Position numbers and translations under genes: made by a program. Below, piece after piece: positions 25,613-33,463 of a stretch of 33,463 bases of DNA (its first letter is position 1; each line of letters begins with the position of its first letter). Below the pieces are notes generated by a model. That model saw only the letters and a program-made list of their open reading frames with translations, was not told the DNA's origin and made no database searches. The stretch lies in contig NW_021832458.1 of assembly GCF_006345805.1 (NCBI RefSeq), positions 1 to 33,463 on the forward strand. The letters run 5' to 3'. The DNA is from Octopus sinensis (lineage: Eukaryota).

Positions 25613-25662
25613 TGTCTCTGATGAAGGCATATACATAATATCCCAGAAACAGCTGTAAGACA
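25613..25662 (+). ncRNA. Minimal type I hammerhead ribozyme with palindromic stem III
   Basis: tgtct CTGATGA aggcatat-acata-atatccca GAAA cagctg TA agaca; 5-bp stem I, ACAGCTGT palindrome, stem II with two mismatches. Confidence 0.8.
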
Positions 25663-25720
25663 ATTTCCTTATAAATATCCTCACACCCCTTGGCGGTGTT
25701 ATATCATTCTGTCTTATATA

Positions 25721-25752
<32 letters not shown>

Positions 25753-25920
25753 CTAATAATTACGGTTCAGCAAAGATTTGCTTTACCACATACCGAAGTT
25801 TAGAAATAGCAGCCAAAACCTTAGCTATTTCTTCTACTTTAAAAAGGGACTTCCAGAGAAACCAAAATACTTGAAAACAATCCACAAAGACAGAGGAAAG
25901 CAACGGTCAATATCTGGTCA

Positions 25921-26003
25921 ACCATGGACGCGCGTTTCGGAATTAGATCGGTATAAAGAATATAGAATTATACTTTACCAACCATTTTCCTCCTCAGCAT
26001 AGC
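25921..26003 (-). ncRNA. Type I hammerhead ribozyme with palindromic stem III and long stem II
   Basis: Minus strand gctatg CTGAGGA ggaa...ttcc GAAA cgcgcg TC catggt; intact core, GUC triplet, ACGCGCGT palindrome. Confidence 0.82.
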
Positions 26004-26049
26004 ATTCCTCAATAATTAAATATTGATATATATATATATATATACAGAG

Positions 26050-26101
<52 letters not shown>

Positions 26102-26169
26102 TGGGCAGATAGACGGATAGATAGATAGATAGATAGATAGATTGATTAATATGCATGTGTGTATGTATT

Positions 26170-26493
26170 TACTCTCTTTTACTTGTTTCAGTCATTTGAC
26201 TGCGGCCGTGCTGGAGCACCGCCTTTAGTCGGGCAAATCGACCCCGGGACTTATTCTTTGTAAGCCCAGTACTTATTCTATCGGTCTCTTTTGCCGAACC
26301 GCTAAGTGACGGGGACGTAAACACACTAGCATCGGTTGTCAAGCAATGCTGGGGGGACAAACACAGACACACAAACATATACACATACACACATATATAT
26401 ATATATACATATATACGAGAGGCTTCTTTCAGTTTCCGTCTACCAAATCCACTCACAAGGCATTGGTCGGCTCGGGGCTATAGCAGAAGACAC
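26170..26493 (-). mobile_element. SINE family C, 5'-truncated
   Basis: Matches 32975-33290 closely. Confidence 0.9.
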
Positions 26494-26829
26494 ATGCATG
26501 AATAATGATTTATTTGAAACGTATGAAAATTGTGTTTGCTGGTGTATTTAAGTATTGTGTTTGTTCATGTCGTCGATAAAGTTTCGGTATGTCTTTCATC
26601 ATGTTCTTCTTTGTGATTAATCTGTGATAATGATTATAATGACAGCAGGAACCTGCAGGCACAATTCATTGTTGACAGCCGCGTATTTATCTATTTGACA
26701 AATTTATATGAAAATAAATGTCGAGAATTTCCGAAAGAATACCAAGTTTTATACTTCCAAAGACAAAACGGCAGTGTTTTATCTTTTGCGCAAGAAAGCA
26801 CACAGAGAAACATATACACACATGCAAAT

Positions 26830-26842
26830 ACATGTATGTATA

Positions 26843-26918
<76 letters not shown>

Positions 26919-26965
26919 TATATGTATGTATGTATATGTATATATATATGTATATATATATATAT

Positions 26966-27022
<57 letters not shown>

Positions 27023-27235
27023 TATATTATATATATTATTATATATAATATATATATATATACACACACATGTATATATATATATATATATACACATGTA
27101 TATATATATATATATATACACATATATACACACACTATAGATATATACACACATATTATATAATACCACAATATATATATATAACACACACACAATATTA
27201 TATATATATATATAATCTATAATATTATATATACA
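26830..27235. repeat. Degenerate (TA)n/(CA)n low-complexity tract
   Basis: Directly visible. Confidence 0.92.
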
Positions 27236-27676
27236 GATAAGCTCATACACACACATGCACGGACGCACACACGCAAGCATATAGAAACTCATGCACACGC
27301 ACATAATTTCAGAATAACCCTCACATCTACACACACGCAATGCAAATGGTAATCATATGCACACACACACATGAACACACATGAGTTTATACACAAGCAC
27401 ACGTGCCCATTCATACGCTCACACATGCAGACATTGACACACAAACGCGCGTTCACAGAAACGCACAGAAAGGCAAGTAAGCTCTCGCACGCATACACAG
27501 ATTCTATCAAATATACACTCTTGACAAACACACATACTTATATACACAACCACCTACATACAATAATATACATATAAACACAAGCAGATTCATAATGAAG
27601 CCTCTACATACAACATACATATGTATACACACGCACGCTAATCAACCTCAGCACTCATACAAACTTATGACCATAT

Positions 27677-28025
27677 GTGGTGGCACTCCGTCGATTACGA
27701 CGACGCATATTCCAGTTGATTGTGAAATTAACGTGCAAGTGGCTGAGCACTCCGCAGACACGTGTACTTTTGACGTTGTTCTCGGGGAGATGTGTGACAT
27801 GGCTGGCCCTTTGAAATACAGGTACAACAGAAACAGGAAGAACGAGTGAGAGAAAGTTGTGGTGAAAGAGTACAGCAGGGATCGCCACCCCCCCCTTGCC
27901 GGTGCCTCGTGGTGCTTGAGGGGTTTTCGCTCAATAAACACTCACAACGTCCGGTCTGGGAATCGAAACCGCGATCCTAAGACCGCGAGTCCGCTGCCTT
28001 AAGCACTGGGCCATTGCGCCTTGAC
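27677..28025 (-). mobile_element. SINE family A with internal deletions
   Basis: Reverse complement of family A; TSD atgaccatat at 27667-27676 and 28026-28035. Confidence 0.9.
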
Positions 28026-28667
28026 ATGACCATATATACAACATAGACAAAGATATAACCACGTATATTGCTATACACACAAACATACAAAGAAACAGAA
28101 ATAGATTTCTACATACGTACAGATGTACGATCACGCATAAAGCAGCGACAAATACATCCCTCCACACACACACACACACACACAAATACGTACACACAGA
28201 CACACAAATACGTACACACAGACACACAGACACATACACCCGTATATATTCATAGACACACAAAAACATACACATATATCGCAACACGATTCGTTACCAA
28301 TTCAGTAAATTTGGTTAAAATATCTTCTGCCCTATAACGATTTGGTAAAAAAAATCGATTTGGATTCGAAATTAATATAAAACAAACAACAGGCCTTCAT
28401 CTCTCTCATTAGTTTGTTCATTAGATGGGCGGTACAAATAAACAAAATACCCTTTTGTTTTTGCTTCTATTTATATTTATTTCAGAACTGAATTTAGAAA
28501 GAATCACTCACAGATTGTACACTTCGTGAAGTCTGGTGTTTGACCTCGACATGCAACAAACGCACACAAATATCTAAATACATTCGTCAAACTACATGCA
28601 TATGTGTATCTGTATGCATTTGTGTATGTACGCATAGAGATGTATACATATCTCTCTATCTCTATAT

Positions 28668-28711
<44 letters not shown>

Positions 28712-28927
28712 ACACTGCGTTTCAAATTATTAACAACGCAATATTTTTATATTTTATTTTATAATTACTCGTTGGAATTCAATGAAATTTCCACAAAATG
28801 ATATCATTTGTAAACGCGTGGTGTGTAAAAAATGTGACGTTTACGCAAGTGTAAACAAACCGCGGCCATTTGCATGATTTCCTCGAAATTTCAAATTATT
28901 AACAAGTTGTCTCATAACCCTGTAATT

Positions 28928-30150
28928 AAGGGTCGTAAATGTGACTTAAATGCTTCAGAGAAATCTATTATTACTTCGAAACTTACAAAAGGTAAATCAG
29001 CATTAAAAATATCTAAAATAATTGGAAGTTATTACAAAACTGTGAAAAATGTTGTTACAGCTCCTACAAAGATTCCTAAGTGCGCCAACGAGGCTCAGTC
29101 GAGGGCTGTTTCTCAACGTTCTGTGTCACGAATTAAGCGTGAAGCTGTAAAGAATCAGGTTTTAAAAGCAGAGAACTTTTCATATACATTGGCGAAACAA
29201 CTTTGTGCAGAACTACCCCATGTCATCTGGAAAAGGTTGGTAAACCAGTGACATCAGTTAAAAGGCCTCCTTTCTGAAAAACGCACACAAATCGTCTGAA
29301 ATGGACGGAAGTAAACATGAAGGTCGACATTTCAAAAGTTTTGTTTACGGACGAAATTCGTGCAACACTTGATGGACCTTGTGGCCTGAACACGGGATGG
29401 GTTGTAAATGGACGAGATTGTCATCAACACTTGAGAGTCAACAAGAGGGAGAGGGCATCATGATTTGGTGAGGTCGTATTGGAAATATTATAAGGCGGTG
29501 AACTGGCAGAAACGTTAGCGCGCCGGGCGAAATGCTTAGCGATATTTCGTCTTTGTTTACGTTCTGAGTTCAAATTTCGCCGAGGCCGACTTTGCCTTTC
29601 ATCCTTTCGGCATCGATAAATTTAGTACCAGTTGCGTACTGGTGTCAGTCTAATCGACTAGCCCCCTGCCCCAAAATGTTGGGCCTTGTGCATAGAGTAG
29701 ACAAGATTATTAGAGGTATTATAGTTAGTCCTTGGAAAGTGCTAGGCAGTGTTAAAATGACTGCGGACGCTTACGTAGCCTTTCTGCGGGAGCACCTTGA
29801 ACCTTGGTTAAAAAAAAAGTATCACTTTCAAGACAACCATAATATTCGTGCAAGATAATGCACCCTCGCACTCAGCGAAGAAAATCTACAGAGTATATAC
29901 AACAATTAGATTTCTGTGGACCTCAGATGAAGTGGCCTGCCTGTTCCCATGACTTAAACCCAATAGAAAGCATGTGGAGTATTCTAAATCGTAGTGTTTA
30001 CAAGAATGAACGCCAATTTAGGAGCAAGGATGAACTGCGGCTAGCAAAAGTGGATGTATCACGTCGTATAACATGAGAGGAGATCCAGAAATTTGCATGT
30101 TCCATTCAAAAGCGCCTTTCTCAAATTATGTCAAAGAAAGGCTCATACAT
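28928..30150 (+). pseudogene. Tc1-like DDE transposase pseudogene interrupted by a SINE
   Basis: GRKCDLNASEKSII (HTH region), SKVLFTDEIRATLDGP, RQQEGEGIMIW, FVQDNAPSHSAK, KWPACSHDLNPIESMWSIL in shifting frames. Confidence 0.9.
29493..29707 (+). mobile_element. SINE family B (tail type 1) inserted in the Tc1 transposase
   Basis: Full head and core; imperfect 16-bp TSD tattggaaatattata (29477-29492) and tattagaggtattata (29708-29723). Confidence 0.9.
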
Positions 30151-30523
30151 CCCTTACTAACCAGATCACCAATCGTTTTTGAACGCTGTTTAATGTTTGT
30201 TTCTAATTCTTCCGTGTTTAGGACTGTATGGGTTCATTTCAGTATGAACATCATACAATTAAATTGGTATTTTCTTGTTTACATGAGTTTTAATTACACC
30301 TCGATAATAATTTGAAATTGTAAAAGTTAACGTATATTTTCATAAATGGCCATAATTTCTGTGTTACTTTACGAAGTCTCATGTTTTTTATACACGATGC
30401 GCATTAAATAAATGCTATCATTCTGTTGAAATCTAACGAATGATTATTAAATAAAATACAAAGATATTACGCCGTTAATAATTTAAAAATCGATGTAAAT
30501 ATATAAATATATGTATTTACACA

Positions 30524-30586
<63 letters not shown>

Positions 30587-30626
30587 CCACAAACAACACA
30601 CACACACTCACGCGTGCACTCCATCG

Positions 30627-30813
30627 AGGACTGGCTGCGTGGTGAGTAGCTTGCTTACCAACCGCATGGTTCAGGGTTCAGCCCCACTGCGGGGTACCTT
30701 GGGCAAGTGTCTTCTAATATAACCTCGGGGCGACCAAAGCCTTGTGGGAGGATTTGGTAGACGGAAACACGTGTGTGTATATATATATACATACATACAT
30801 ACATATATATATA

Positions 30814-30878
<65 letters not shown>

Positions 30879-30909
30879 ACATACATACATACCTACATAC
30901 ATATACATA

Positions 30910-30940
<31 letters not shown>

Positions 30941-31146
30941 GTCTGTGTGTCTGTGTTTTTGTCCCCTTACCATCGTTTGACAACCGATGCCGGTGTGTTT
31001 ATGTCCCCGTAACGTAGCGGTTCGACAAAAGAGACCGATAGAATAAGTACTACTAGGCTTAGAAAGATTAAGTCCTGGGGTCCATTTGTTCGACTGAAGG
31101 TGGTTCTCTAATATGGCCGCAGTCATATGCCTGAAACAAATAAAAG
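30627..31146 (+). mobile_element. SINE family C with expanded internal microsatellite
   Basis: Head tggctgcgtggtgagtagc, CORE-like ggtaccttgggcaagtgtcttct, ~170-bp TA/TACA tract, then the family C 3' half. Confidence 0.88.
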
Positions 31147-31265
31147 AATTTATAGAATATATATGTGTGTATGTGTGTGCGTATATAGATATATGTATAT
31201 ATATATATACATACATATACATACATACATACATACATACATACATACATACATACATACATACA

Positions 31266-31297
<32 letters not shown>

Positions 31298-31298
<1 letters not shown>

Positions 31299-31419
31299 GT
31301 AGAAGAGCGTAGGCTCGAAACGTAAACGACTTTTCCTATTCCTGAGCGCTATACTAATACATCTGTTTGTTTTGTACACCGCCTGTCTTCGTCTTTTGTT
31401 TTTTTCGTAAACTCTCCCC

Positions 31420-31420
<1 letters not shown>
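31298..31420 (+). repeat. Second copy of the hammerhead-like short repeat, 5'-truncated
   Basis: tgtagaagagcgtaggctcgaaacgtaaacgac...aactctccc; reverse complement of ~24178-24300; between (TACA)n and (TA)n. Confidence 0.75.
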
Positions 31421-31482
<62 letters not shown>

Positions 31483-31734
31483 AATATATATAAGAGTGGA
31501 AGAGAGAGAAGGAGAAGGATTAGGTCCATGCTGAAATGAAGCATAGCGTGTAACACAGCGTGCAGAGCCACAGCCGTTTCATCGCAATGGCGGTGCCCAT
31601 GACATGTATGACTAAGAGTCACATGACGTCACATCGGTTAGTGAACGATCAATATGGCTAGAAGGAATATATATATTCTATGTTCTTGCTGATTTATTGT
31701 ATGTCATAAATGAAAGAAATGATAAACCAATGAC

Positions 31735-32710
31735 TTCAGGTGAAATTTTGTTTCGAATTCGGCTAACGAATTTAGAGTAATTTTTAGTGTTTCAATCGCC
31801 CTTGACAGGTGATCAATTGAGTCGTACTCAGTGCCATGAGTGATTTTAACGTCTCAAATTTGGATGAAATTCCCTCGCTGAGAAAAGTAAATCGCTAAAA
31901 GCTATTACTATTACTGATGTCGGCCATGTTTACTAAAATAGTTGTAATTTGTGTAAAGCGTTGTGTCTGTGATAGTTAAATCGATATTATATTTAAAAGC
32001 TTGAAGTTTTATCGCAAAATCAAGTGAGACATGAAGAAAGACAGAATTGAATAGCAGAAAGTGAGGAGATGCTTGAGGCGGACTGAGGAATCTTCTTTGA
32101 ATCTAGTTTCAATATTATCTCAGTTGCAATCGACTGGTTTTTAAATCCCATGTATTAAGGTAGAGACTCGTTTAAGGTTGATGACCAGTTACTGAAAATA
32201 TCATAACAGATGAGAAAACTTGGGCAATACTCGAAACCAGGTAGTCAGCAGTGTGCGTTTGATAATAATCATTACGACCAAAGAAAAAAATAAAAGGAGA
32301 GGATCTCAGTCCTCCAAATATGAAGACAGTTTTTCATTGGAAGGGTGTCATTTATTATAGGCCAGTTCACGTTCTCAGGTGATCTTTAAAGAGTTTGTGT
32401 CGATATCCTGCGATGTTTGAGAAAGGCGATGCAAAGAAAGAAGTCTGATACAGGACAAACAACTTCTGTAATATTCAAGCGTCAAATATTACACGAGACA
32501 TTTTTCATTATCAAACTGCTTTACTATCTGCACGTGACTTCCGTAAACGTTTTCTTTTAAGTATATATTTGTTCACAGATATTAGATCCTACTTGAAAGC
32601 TTTCCCAAAGAAAATTTACTAAGACAACGGCGCACTATCACTGAAAATGTGTTCGGAATTTGGAAGAAGTGAACTTTCAGTGGAAGGAACTATTTTGAAA
32701 AAAAAGAAGT
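31735..32710 (+). pseudogene. Heavily decayed mariner-type transposase
   Basis: Ordered remnants VKFCFEFG, LSRTQCHE*F, NIITDEKTW (cf. ITGDETW), WKGVIYY, DILRCLRKAMQRKK and terminal aactattttgaa (cf. GxYFE); the ~1-kb span fits a mariner ORF. Confidence 0.65.
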
Positions 32711-32974
32711 CTGTATAAAGGGTGAGGAAAGAAGTAATTCTATATGTTTGAAATACACACAATTACTTACATACACACACTATCACACACATATATTATG
32801 TATACATGCATACATACATATATATATATATATATATACATGCATACATAAGTACATACATAATACTTGTATATAATACGTACATACACACACGCATATG
32901 TATATATATATATACATACACACACGCATATGTATATATATATATATAATATAATATATATATATATATAATAT

Positions 32975-33373
32975 ACTCTTTCACTTGTTCCAGTCATTTG
33001 ACTGCGGCCATGCTGGAGCACCCCCTTTAGTCGAACAAATCGACCCCGGACTATTCTTTGTAAGCCCAGTACTTATTCTATCGGTCTCTTTTGCCGAACC
33101 TCTAAGTGACGGGGACGTAAACACACCAGCATCGGTCGTGTGTCAAGCAATTCTAGGGGGACAAACACAGACACACAACACAACACACACACATATATAT
33201 ATATACATATATACGACAGGCTTCTTTCAGTTTCCGTCTATCAAATCCACTCACAAGCATTGGTTGGCCCGGGGCTATAGCAGAAGACACTTGCCCAAGA
33301 TGCCACGCAGTGGGACTGTACCCGCAACCATGTGGTTGGTTAACAAGCTACTTACCACACAGCCACTCCTGCG

Positions 33374-33375
<2 letters not shown>
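32975..33375 (-). mobile_element. SINE family C, full length
   Basis: Reverse complement of 6160-6570; the head abuts (TA)n. Confidence 0.92.
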
Positions 33376-33413
<38 letters not shown>

Positions 33414-33463
33414 GAGAGAGAAAGAGAGAGATAGAAAGAGAGGAAGAGAGCAAGGAAGGAATA

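Larger units (their letters stand above)
28713..30495 (+). mobile_element. Decayed Tc1-family DNA transposon with ~190-bp IR/DR-type terminal inverted repeats
   Basis: TIRs ~28713-28905 and ~30301-30495; 17-bp DR tttcaaattattaacaa at 28720 and 28889, mirrored imperfectly at 30301 and 30472; TA after the right end. Confidence 0.88.

Noticed and set aside
24186-27577. Many YI-, LSIY- and HT-rich ORFs
   Set aside because: Translations of di- and tetranucleotide microsatellites

Overview
AT-rich, repeat-dense animal non-coding DNA. The SINE and microsatellite make-up suggests an octopus or other coleoid cephalopod; this comes from recognising the repeats, not from a database search. No host gene exon can be supported. 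The window holds about 20 copies or fragments of three or four tRNA-derived SINE families, several with target-site duplications (TSDs). Three same-strand R4/Dong-type non-LTR retrotransposon pieces (RT plus restriction-like endonuclease) are stacked in (TAA)n tracts at 18.9-22.4 kb. There is also a near full-length decayed IR/DR-type Tc1 transposon, a decayed mariner transposase, a mariner-derived MITE, two RTE-type LINE 3' remnants, a ~3 kb (TATG)n array and many microsatellites. The least obvious signal is a set of minimal type I hammerhead ribozyme motifs with different flanks (three with intact cores, several degenerate). Most lie beside (TA)n tracts, some within outward-pointing inverted repeats, as expected for Penelope-like element termini or retrozyme-like elements. 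The long ORFs at 9.7-13 kb are microsatellite artefacts.
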